From Candidatus Hodarchaeota archaeon (GTDB lineage Archaea; Asgardarchaeota; Lokiarchaeia; Sigyniarchaeales; SOKP01): a DNA stretch of 64,000 nt. Within the stretch, counting starts at the first letter, position 1. Each line of letters begins with the position of its first letter. The notes beneath the pieces are model-generated. The model was not told the origin of the DNA, ran no database searches, and was given only the letters and a program-made list of their open reading frames with translations. Made by a program: the position numbers and the translations under genes. The DNA lies in NCBI GenBank assembly GCA_048886685.1, contig JBHLKM010000007.1, positions 64,001 to 128,000 on the forward strand, read 5' to 3'. Positions 55,933 to 64,000 of the stretch are shown in pieces.

Positions 55933-56832
55933 TTAGCGACTTTCAAGTCTACTCTTTATTTCGTTCCACATATTTGTAATATATTTCTGATAAATTTTAA
56001 CAGTCGCATCATCGATTGATTTAAATCTATTTTGAGCTTTCAAATATTCTGTTATTGGTTTTCTTTTTGATGAGTCTAAATATCTTTTGCTTGTATTTGA
56101 TAATTCGAATTTCCCATCAAGAACTTCATAAAGAGGCCAAAAACCCGTTTCATTTGCTAACCTGCCAATCAACATTGTATCTTTAGGATCATAACCCCAA
56201 CCAGGAGGACAGGGTGATAATATATGAATATATTTTGAGCCTTTAATATCCTTCGCTCGTTTAAATTTTTCATATAAATCAAGGGGGTAAGCGGCGTTTG
56301 CAGTAGCAACGTACGGAATCCCGTGAGCTTCTAAAATTTTAGGCATATTTTTTTTATGAACTAATTTGCCTTCTGGAGTTGTTGTTGTCTGAACACCAAA
56401 TGGTGTTGAACCACTTCTTTGAACTCCTGTATTCATATAAGCTTCATTATCATAGCATGCATAAATAAAATTTGTACCTCTTTCTGCTGCCCCGCTTAGA
56501 GCCTGTACTCCAATGTCTGTTGTTCCACCATCTCCTGCAAAAGCAAGAACAGTTATTTCATCCGCTAAACCTTTATCTTCCAATGATGCCAAGATCCCAG
56601 ATGCCGATGCACCTGTAGTGGCAAATGGAGTATGGTAAACAGAAACTTTTGTTGTACAAAAACCTTGCATTCCATGGAGAACGGTTAAGCAAGAAGCAGG
56701 AACTGTTATAATGGTGTTAGGACCGAGAGCTTTTAATGCGATCCTATATATTAATGCCATGGCACATCCGGCACACGCTCGTGTACCTGGAAATATATAT
56801 TCTTCTTCAGGAATATCCATTACATTTACCAT
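55933..56832 (-). CDS. porB: 2-oxoacid (pyruvate-type):ferredoxin oxidoreductase beta subunit
   Basis: ACAGC, GDGGTTDIG.Q.LSG, YDNEAYMNTG.QRS, SPCPPGW. Confidence 0.92.
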   Translation of the reverse strand: MVNVMDIPEEEYIFPGTRACAGCAMALIYRIALKALGPNTIITVPASCLTVLHGMQGFCTTKVSVYHTPFATTGASASGILASLEDKGLADEITVLAFAGDGGTTDIGVQALSGAAERGTNFIYACYDNEAYMNTGVQRSGSTPFGVQTTTTPEGKLVHKKNMPKILEAHGIPYVATANAAYPLDLYEKFKRAKDIKGSKYIHILSPCPPGWGYDPKDTMLIGRLANETGFWPLYEVLDGKFELSNTSKRYLDSSKRKPITEYLKAQNRFKSIDDATVKIYQKYITNMWNEIKSRLESR

Positions 56833-56838
56833 TGTCTA

Positions 56839-58131
56839 TCATCCTCCTTTAAAATAAGTTTCTTCATCATAATCATCCAATTCTTCTAGTCTCAATCCTA
56901 AGAAGTCAGTTTTATTGGTAAAAATATCTTTTCTAAAATCATCCAAAGCTTTATAGATACCTGTTATTATGTGTTCTGTTTTAACATCTCTTCCCCCTAA
57001 TCCAACAATGAAGCCTTTGATATTTGGTCGATTTTTTAATCCATAAAGAGCTGCTTTTAATTCATATGATAGGATACCTTCATATCCATACCCAATATCC
57101 CTATCAAATACTACAATATTTTCCTTATCTCTGAAAAATTCCCTTAATTCCTCGGCAGGAAATGGTCGAAATAACTTCAGACTTAATAAACCGACTTTTA
57201 GACCTTCTGCTCTAAGTTTCTGAATAGCAACTCTAGATTGTGAAGCTACTGATCCCATTCCAAAGATTATAGTCTCTGCGTCATCGGTTCGAATTGCTTT
57301 ATATATACCATTTCCATAAGATCTTCCAAATTTCTTAGAAAAATTATTATGAACTTCCCTTATGATATTAATTGAATTTTCTAATGCTTTCTGTAATGAA
57401 TATCGATATTCATAATATCCCGGAGCGACACCCTCATCTCGCTTAACTACTTGAGGTGTTGTTACTGGATCAACTCCTTTAACAGTAGAAACATCAGACA
57501 AATTAATATGGTGATTGAGAGGTGGTAAAAACTCATCAATTTCTTTTTGAAGTTCTAATTTTACTGGCATTGCTGTGTGTGAAAGCACATAACCATCGAA
57601 AGCACAAGCTACAGGTAGGAAAACCCTTGGATCTTCTGCAATTTTAAATGCTTGAAGGTTAGTATCATAGATTTCTTGATTATTCTCACAAAATAATTGA
57701 ATCCATCCAACATCTCTGATTGTTACAAAATCTTGATGGTCTGTCCAAACTGACCATGGTGCCCCTAAGCTCCTAGTGGCTAAATTAAGAACTATTGGTA
57801 GTCTATTCCCTGAAGCCCAGGGTAGCATTTCATACATTAATTCTAAACCATGAGCAGAGGTTGCTGTACCTACTCTTGAGCCCGTAGCAGAAGCAGCACA
57901 TAAAACAGCCATCGCACTATGTTCAGATTCAACTTTAACAAATCTTGCCTTTAGTTTACCCTCAGCTATAAAATCAGCTATTTTTTCTACTACCGGGCTT
58001 TGAGGTGTAATAGGATATGCAGATATAACCCCCACTCTTGCTTGTCTAAAGGCATGTGCAGCAGCATGATTCCCTGTTAAAATCATGATATTTTCATTTA
58101 TTAATGATTCTTCTTTTTCAGTAATTGTCAT
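56839..58131 (-). CDS. porA: 2-oxoacid (pyruvate-type):ferredoxin oxidoreductase alpha subunit
   Basis: GN.AAA, YPITPQS, ESEHSAM, TATSA.GL, DGY.LSHT, FRPFP, GLGGRD. Confidence 0.92.
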   Translation of the reverse strand: MTITEKEESLINENIMILTGNHAAAHAFRQARVGVISAYPITPQSPVVEKIADFIAEGKLKARFVKVESEHSAMAVLCAASATGSRVGTATSAHGLELMYEMLPWASGNRLPIVLNLATRSLGAPWSVWTDHQDFVTIRDVGWIQLFCENNQEIYDTNLQAFKIAEDPRVFLPVACAFDGYVLSHTAMPVKLELQKEIDEFLPPLNHHINLSDVSTVKGVDPVTTPQVVKRDEGVAPGYYEYRYSLQKALENSINIIREVHNNFSKKFGRSYGNGIYKAIRTDDAETIIFGMGSVASQSRVAIQKLRAEGLKVGLLSLKLFRPFPAEELREFFRDKENIVVFDRDIGYGYEGILSYELKAALYGLKNRPNIKGFIVGLGGRDVKTEHIITGIYKALDDFRKDIFTNKTDFLGLRLEELDDYDEETYFKGG

Positions 58132-58430
58132 TCAATTTTCACCTCTTCCATTGATATTGCTTTAACAGGGCATTCTTCCATGCAAATACCGCATCCTTTG
58201 CAGTAATTAAAGTCTATTTGAGGTGGAATTGTTTTAGAGACTACGGCTTCTGGGCAATACAACCAGCAATTAAAACAACTGGGTTTTCCAGATTTAACTG
58301 GTATACACTTTTTCAGATCAATTATTGGCTTTTTGGAACTCCATGTTCCTGTTTGACCTGCTTCTCCAATAACTGGTTTCTGAACTGAACCTAATATTTT
58401 TTGATATTTTTTTTTCGAGTCTGTCATCAA
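58128..58430 (-). CDS. porD: 2-oxoacid:ferredoxin oxidoreductase delta subunit
   Basis: TG.W...KP.ID..KC, C..CW.YCP, YCKGCGIC..ECP..AI. Confidence 0.9.
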   Translation of the reverse strand: MMTDSKKKYQKILGSVQKPVIGEAGQTGTWSSKKPIIDLKKCIPVKSGKPSCFNCWLYCPEAVVSKTIPPQIDFNYCKGCGICMEECPVKAISMEEVKIE

Positions 58431-58727
58431 TTCATCAGATTCTTGTATAAAATCATTATATACAATTCGTATGTATAAAACGTATCCAAATTTTATAATT
58501 GTTTTTATTTAAAAAAATAAAGATTGTTGTATGACTTTGTTTATTATAAAAAAAATTTAGGTCATGAGAATAATTAGATAATACTGTCTTTTAAATTAAA
58601 AATAAATACTTATTCTTTCATTAGTCTAATATGTAAAAGTTATACCATGTCTTAATATTGGATAACCTGTAGAGGAATGTATTTCGTTTAATTAAGGATT
58701 AAAAAACTAATGGATTAAGGGAGTGGC

Positions 58728-61394
58728 ATGGAAATTTTAAAAGAAAATTATTTAATATTGGCCGATAACGTAAATGATTTAATTTGTATTCTAAATCTGA
58801 ACCTTGAAATTGAATTTATAAATGAAGAAGTCCATTTAAATATATTGGGATTTTCATATGAGGATTTAATCGGCAAGAGCATTAAACAACTCATAGATAA
58901 TAAAGATATTAATAAAATCCAAAAAATTCTTAAAAATTTCGATAAAAACGACGAATTTATACTAAATTTACAATATAATCATAAGGATGGTAATAAAGTT
59001 TGGCTTGAGGTGAAGATTAAATTATTAGAAGATACAGGAATAGGGAAAAAAGTTCTCTTAATTTCGAAGGATATCTCAGATAAAAAGCTAACTGAACTTA
59101 CATTAAAAGGTTCAGAAGAAAAATATCAAAGTATTATCAAAAACATTAAAGAAGGATATTATGAAGTTGATTTGAAAGGCAATTTTATGTATGTTAATGA
59201 TGCTTTATGTAAATTTCTTGGATATTCAAGAGAAGAGTTGTTAAAAGAAAATTATATTATAACGACTGATGAGAAGACGCGTGATTTAGTTTTTAAAACT
59301 TACAATAAGGTATTTAGAACAGAAATTCAACAGAATATATTTCAGTTTCCAGTTATTAGAAAAAATGGAGAAAAAGCGTTTTTTGAAACCTCTGTATATT
59401 TAAAATATAATCCTCGAGGTATAAAAAGAGGTTTTTATGGTATAGTACGAGATATCACTGAAAGGAAGAAAGTGGAAGATTTAGAGGAGAAATTTAAGAT
59501 TGAACTCACTCAAAAAGTTAGATTGAGAACAAAAGAACTAGAAGAATCCCAAGAAAAATACAGTAATCTTTTTCAACATTCAAATGATGCCATTTTTTTA
59601 CATAATTTAGAAGGTAAAATATTAGATGTTAACCAAAAAGTATTAGATCATTTCGGATATACAAAACATGAAGTCCTATCTCTTAATATTGCCCAATTAC
59701 ATCCAGCTAGTGAACTTGTAGAATCAAAAAAAGCTTTCGAAGAAATTGCGAAAAAAGGTTTTGTAATGTTTGAAATTAACTTTAAAAAGAAAAACGGAGA
59801 AATTTTTCCTGCTGAAGTATCCTCAAGTCTTTTTACTATAGGTGGAAAGACCTTCATTCAAGGAGAAGTTCGTGATATTACAATACGGAAGCAATCTGAA
59901 CAAAAACTAAAGGAATCTGAAGAAAAATATCGAAATATGATTAACAATTTAGATTTGGGGTTTTATCAAGTAAATTGGGAAGGTAATTTATTAAATTATA
60001 ATCCTGCATTTAGTCGTTTATTAGGTTTTAAACCTACAGAAGATTTAATAAGGATAAATGTAAAGCAGTTTTGGCAAAATCCGAATGAGCGTGACAGTTA
60101 TTTAAAAAACTTAGTTGAAGATGGATTTGTTAAGAATTATATTGTACATTCACTAAAAAAGAATGGTGAAAAAATTGTTTTACAGCTAAACTCTCATTTA
60201 ATTAAGGATCTTGAGAGTGAACCTGTTAAAATTCAAGGAGTAATATCAGATATTACCAAAAATTTTGAATTGGAGCAAAAAGTAAAGGAATCTGAAAGTA
60301 GATATCGCAATCTCTTTGAATCTGTGCCATTTGCAATAGCTCTTATCGATCTACAAGGTCAAATCAATTATTGTAATCCTGCAGTTGAAAAATTATTGGG
60401 ATATAAAGTAGAAGAATTAATTGGAAATAATTTTAGAACTCTTACAGCAATCGAGCCGAATTATCTACCTATGATGCTTGAACGATTTCAAAAATTATTA
60501 AAAGGTGAAAATTTACCTCCTTTCGATGCAGAACTTTATAAAAAGAATGGTGAATTAGTTTGGATTAATTATCAAACATCTTTAGTCAAATTAGGGGAAA
60601 ATTTCTTAGTTCAAGCAATTCTCCATGACATAACAGACCGAAAAACGGCGGATCTATTAGTACAAGAGGAAATTCAAAAATTGAAAGAGCTTGATCAAAT
60701 TAGAAAAGATTTAATCTCAAGAGTTTCGCATGAATTAAAAACACCACTTGTATCTGTCTGTGGAGCTTCGGAATTACTTTTAGAACTATTTAAAGATGAG
60801 TTTTCGAATGAGAGTAAAGAACTAATAAAGATGATTGAAAAAGGAGGTTCAAGATTGAAATATTTGGTGGATAATCTTCTTGATATCACTCGAATTGAGT
60901 ATAACAAATTTGATTTAATAACAGAATTTACTAATTTAAGCGAACTCATCCAAGACTGTGCGAATGAAATGATGTATTTGATAAAAAGACGTAAATTAGA
61001 TTTAAAACTTGATCTTCCTAATGAATTATTGATAAACATTGATAAAATAAGAATGGAACAAGTAATTCTAAATCTATTATCCAATGCTATTAAAAATACA
61101 CCACCTAATGGGGAAATATTGATAAAATTATATAAGAAAGGAAATTGGGCTGAATTTTTTGTCAATGATACTGGTATTGGTTTGACTCGAGATGAAATGG
61201 ATATAATATTTACCAGATTTGGCAAGATTGAAAGATATGGGGAAGGTTTAGAATTTATTGATATTCAAGGTTCTGGGCTTGGTTTGTATATTTCAAAAGA
61301 AATAATTGATTTGCATAAGGGGCAAATTTGGGCAGAGTCAGCTGGAAGAAATAAAGGAAGTACTTTTCTAATCAAATTACCAATTGTGGAGTAA
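58728..61394 (+). CDS. Soluble multi-PAS (5 PAS/PAC) sensor histidine kinase
   Basis: Repeated PAS/PAC units ending DIS/DIT; SHELKTPL (H-box), NLLSNAIK, DTGIG, GSGLGL. Confidence 0.95.
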   Translation: MEILKENYLILADNVNDLICILNLNLEIEFINEEVHLNILGFSYEDLIGKSIKQLIDNKDINKIQKILKNFDKNDEFILNLQYNHKDGNKVWLEVKIKLLEDTGIGKKVLLISKDISDKKLTELTLKGSEEKYQSIIKNIKEGYYEVDLKGNFMYVNDALCKFLGYSREELLKENYIITTDEKTRDLVFKTYNKVFRTEIQQNIFQFPVIRKNGEKAFFETSVYLKYNPRGIKRGFYGIVRDITERKKVEDLEEKFKIELTQKVRLRTKELEESQEKYSNLFQHSNDAIFLHNLEGKILDVNQKVLDHFGYTKHEVLSLNIAQLHPASELVESKKAFEEIAKKGFVMFEINFKKKNGEIFPAEVSSSLFTIGGKTFIQGEVRDITIRKQSEQKLKESEEKYRNMINNLDLGFYQVNWEGNLLNYNPAFSRLLGFKPTEDLIRINVKQFWQNPNERDSYLKNLVEDGFVKNYIVHSLKKNGEKIVLQLNSHLIKDLESEPVKIQGVISDITKNFELEQKVKESESRYRNLFESVPFAIALIDLQGQINYCNPAVEKLLGYKVEELIGNNFRTLTAIEPNYLPMMLERFQKLLKGENLPPFDAELYKKNGELVWINYQTSLVKLGENFLVQAILHDITDRKTADLLVQEEIQKLKELDQIRKDLISRVSHELKTPLVSVCGASELLLELFKDEFSNESKELIKMIEKGGSRLKYLVDNLLDITRIEYNKFDLITEFTNLSELIQDCANEMMYLIKRRKLDLKLDLPNELLINIDKIRMEQVILNLLSNAIKNTPPNGEILIKLYKKGNWAEFFVNDTGIGLTRDEMDIIFTRFGKIERYGEGLEFIDIQGSGLGLYISKEIIDLHKGQIWAESAGRNKGSTFLIKLPIVE

Positions 61395-61429
61395 GGCTAA
61401 ATCAAATTTATGAAATATGTGAGCCTTAA

Positions 61430-62929
61430 ATGAAATATAACAAAGAAGAAATAAGAGAAAAATATAAGGATTTATTTGAATATTCTTTAGATTTAATTTA
61501 CGTTAATGATTTGAGAGGAAATTTTCTAGACGCTAATGATATTGCGTTAAAAAAGTTAGGTTTTGCAAGAGATGAAATTCCAAATATTTCTTTCATAGAC
61601 TTACTCGATAGAGAGAATTTAATGAAAGCGATAAAAATTACGAATGAAATTAGAAAAACAGGAAAACAAACAGAACGAAGTCAATATAAGCTTAAAACAA
61701 AAGAAGGGAAATATATATACGTTGAAACCTATGCGATACCCTTAAAAAAAAATGAAAAAATTTATGCCATTCTAGGGATTGGAAATGATATTACTGAGAG
61801 AAAATTAGCAGAACAGAAATTAAGAGAATCAGAGGAAAAATATAGATATTTATTCGAAGATTCCCCATTTGCTATAATTTTAATTAACTCAGAAGGTGAA
61901 ATAGTTGATAGCAGTCCTGCCACTGAAACAATAGGTGGTTATAGCAGAAGTGACTTAGTCGGGAAAAAATTTAGAGATCTTAAAATTGTACACCCAGATT
62001 TTCTTCCATTGTTAATTGATTTATTTAGAAGATATATAAAAGGAGAAATTTTACACCGGATAGATATTCAATTGTATAAAAAGAACGGTAGTTTAATTTG
62101 GGCAAATCTTCAAGCATCTTTGGTGAAATTAGGGAGTGAAACTTTTGCTCAAGTAATTTTACATGATATTACTAAACGGAAAGAAGCAGATTTATTGATA
62201 AAAGAAGAAATACAAAAGTTAAAAGAATTAGATCAATTAAGAAAGGATTTAATTTCAAGAGTCTCTCATGAGCTAAAAACACCCCTTGTTTCGGTCTTTA
62301 CAAGTTCTGAACTTTTATTAAATGTTTTTAGAGATAAATTGGGAGAAGATGTATTAGAATTAATCCAAATGATTCAAAAGGGTGGAAAACGGTTAAATCA
62401 TCTAGTTGATAATTTATTAGATATAACAAGAATTGAATACAGGAAATTTAAATTAGAAAAAGAATCAATGAATCTCACTAAAATAATTAAAGAGAACTCA
62501 GAGGAAATGAGATTCTTGATAAAAGAGAGAAATTTAAGTCTCATTTTAGAACTCACCCCAAATGTCCATATTGAAATAGATAGATTGAGAATTGAGCAAG
62601 TAATTACTAATTTACTTTTAAATGCTATAAAGAATACCCCCCCCAACGGGAAAATAATAATAAAGCTATCAGAAGAAGAAGGTTGGGTTGAAATTTCTGT
62701 AATTGATACTGGAATTGGTCTAACTGAAGAAGAAATGAATATAATTTTCACTAGATTTGGAAAAATAGAAAGACATGAGGAAGGATTAGAATATATTGAT
62801 ATTCAAGGTTCGGGACTGGGTTTATTTATTTCAAAAGAAATTGTTGAATTACATGGGGGTAGTATTATAGCGGAATCAGAGGGTAGGAATAAGGGAAGTA
62901 AATTTGTTGTAAAATTACCTTTTCATTAG
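61430..62929 (+). CDS. Soluble 2-PAS sensor histidine kinase
   Basis: Two PAS/PAC units; SHELKTPL, NAIK, DTGIG, GSGLGL. Confidence 0.95.
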   Translation: MKYNKEEIREKYKDLFEYSLDLIYVNDLRGNFLDANDIALKKLGFARDEIPNISFIDLLDRENLMKAIKITNEIRKTGKQTERSQYKLKTKEGKYIYVETYAIPLKKNEKIYAILGIGNDITERKLAEQKLRESEEKYRYLFEDSPFAIILINSEGEIVDSSPATETIGGYSRSDLVGKKFRDLKIVHPDFLPLLIDLFRRYIKGEILHRIDIQLYKKNGSLIWANLQASLVKLGSETFAQVILHDITKRKEADLLIKEEIQKLKELDQLRKDLISRVSHELKTPLVSVFTSSELLLNVFRDKLGEDVLELIQMIQKGGKRLNHLVDNLLDITRIEYRKFKLEKESMNLTKIIKENSEEMRFLIKERNLSLILELTPNVHIEIDRLRIEQVITNLLLNAIKNTPPNGKIIIKLSEEEGWVEISVIDTGIGLTEEEMNIIFTRFGKIERHEEGLEYIDIQGSGLGLFISKEIVELHGGSIIAESEGRNKGSKFVVKLPFH

Positions 62930-63292
62930 AAAGTATGGTTTAAAAATTCAATCACTCCTTCTCTTATGTTATAACTTTCTACATATATCCTTGATTATAT
63001 TTTATATATCTTTTTCTATCAATCTCGCATAATATACTAAATAATGAAAGAGAGTAAATGTAAAAAAAGTGGATATTAAAATTTTATTCTTCAAAAAGAG
63101 AAATCGGGTTTGTTTTTAACAGATAAACGTGAACTCTTTTAATAATTGGATAAAAGATTTAATATTTAATCCCTAAATACTGAAAAACTTGAAATATTCA
63201 GATATTATTAAAAGAAACAAATAAATATTGGAAAATGCCATGTTCTTTTTAGAAGAGGATAAGTATTTAAAAAATAACTAAACATTGAGGTT

Positions 63293-64000
63293 ATGATAAT
63301 GGAATTGATGAAATATGATAGGGTCGAAATTTGCGAAAAATTTAATGATTTATTCGAATATTCTTTGGATTTAATTTATGTATGTGATTTGGAAGGAAAT
63401 TTTCTGGACGCGAATGATATTACATTATTTTCATTAGGTTATGAAAGAGAAGAAATATCAAATTTAACATTTTTAGACGTCCTTGAGAAAGACGAAATCA
63501 ATAAGGCATATGGTGTTATTAAAGAAATTCTTAAATCTGGGAAACAGTTTAAACGTAGAGAATATAAAGTAAGAGCTAAAAATGGGGATTTTATTTATAT
63601 AGAAACATATGGTATTCCCCTAAAAAGAAATGGTATTATTTATGCAATCTTAGGTATTGGTAAAAATATTACTGAACGTAAAAAAGCAGAACTCAGGTTA
63701 AAAGATTCTGAAGATGTGTTCAAAGCCCTCTATAAAGAGGGTCCAATTGCGGCTTATACTTGGAAAAAATTAAATGATGACTTTGTTCTTATTGATTTTA
63801 ATAACGCAGCTGAGAATTTAACTCAAGGTAATGTCCTTAATGTGTTAGGCCATAAAGCTTCCGTAATGTATAAGGATAGATCTGACATTTTGGAAGATTT
63901 ATATAAATGTTTTAATGAGAAAACGCATACCACGAGAGAGATGAGATATAAATTTCAATTTACTGGAGAAAATAAGTATTTATTAGTAAATTATGGCTAT
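63293..64000 (+). CDS. PAS-domain sensor protein (likely third histidine kinase), 5' part, runs off window end
   Basis: Manual translation MIMELMKYDRVEICEKFNDLFEYSLDLIYVCDLEGNFLDANDI...IETYGIPLK...ILGIGKNITERKKAE, a close paralogue of the 61430 N-terminus; open to 64000. Confidence 0.88.
   Translation, partial: MIMELMKYDRVEICEKFNDLFEYSLDLIYVCDLEGNFLDANDITLFSLGYEREEISNLTFLDVLEKDEINKAYGVIKEILKSGKQFKRREYKVRAKNGDFIYIETYGIPLKRNGIIYAILGIGKNITERKKAELRLKDSEDVFKALYKEGPIAAYTWKKLNDDFVLIDFNNAAENLTQGNVLNVLGHKASVMYKDRSDILEDLYKCFNEKTHTTREMRYKFQFTGENKYLLVNYGY

Noticed and set aside
59648-62751. Minus-strand ORFs 59648, 60695 and 62398
   Set aside because: Antisense to the histidine kinases; their mutual similarity only mirrors the paralogy of the sense genes.
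1-64000. CRISPR array, transposase/IS, integrase or provirus, tRNA/rRNA
   Set aside because: No regularly spaced repeats, terminal inverted repeats with a transposase, recombinase motifs or GC-rich stable-RNA genes were seen by eye; short elements could have been missed.

Overview
Strongly AT-rich archaeal chromosome segment, most likely from an Asgard archaeon of the Lokiarchaeia type. This is inferred from archaeal informational genes (rpoD/Rpo3, rpl18e, thermosome, Sm, Rio2, TrmI), GGTGA-type Shine-Dalgarno sites, frequent TTG starts, four small-GTPase-family genes and a tandem array of PAS histidine kinases. From left to right: (1) 1-12.6 kb, an accessory catabolic region (NDP-forming acyl-CoA ligase, SDR, radical SAM plus a chimeric relic of it, alkyl sulfatase, NMO/FabK-like flavoenzyme, creatininase-family hydrolase, AOR). 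It contains a folliculin/SMCR8-like longin-DENN gene directly upstream of an MglA-type GTPase. (2) 12.8-15.2 kb, a CoiA-like nuclease divergent from a Whirly-like ssDNA-binding protein, followed by a candidate structured RNA and a hidden small ORF. (3) 16.5-23.7 kb, a hdrA(-mvhD)-hdrC-hdrB-metV-metF-lrp operon, predicted to encode an electron-bifurcating methylene-THF reductase. (4) 24-46 kb, mostly core genes (pckG, thermosome, hisI, trpS, trmI, glyA, rpoD-rpl18e-rpl13-rps9, aroA, aroC, Clp1-like kinase) mixed with a Q-to-L GTPase-wHTH fusion, a Rag-like GTPase and a Rab-like pseudo-GTPase. (5) 46-48.8 kb, a circularly permuted ATP-grasp ligase paired with an M14 carboxypeptidase, a candidate peptide-tag writer/eraser system. 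(6) An orphan N6-adenine MTase, a PPP phosphatase, Sm, Rio2, porDAB and three tandem PAS histidine kinases. No tRNA, rRNA, CRISPR array or transposase was recognised. All family calls come from motif recognition by eye, with no database searches.
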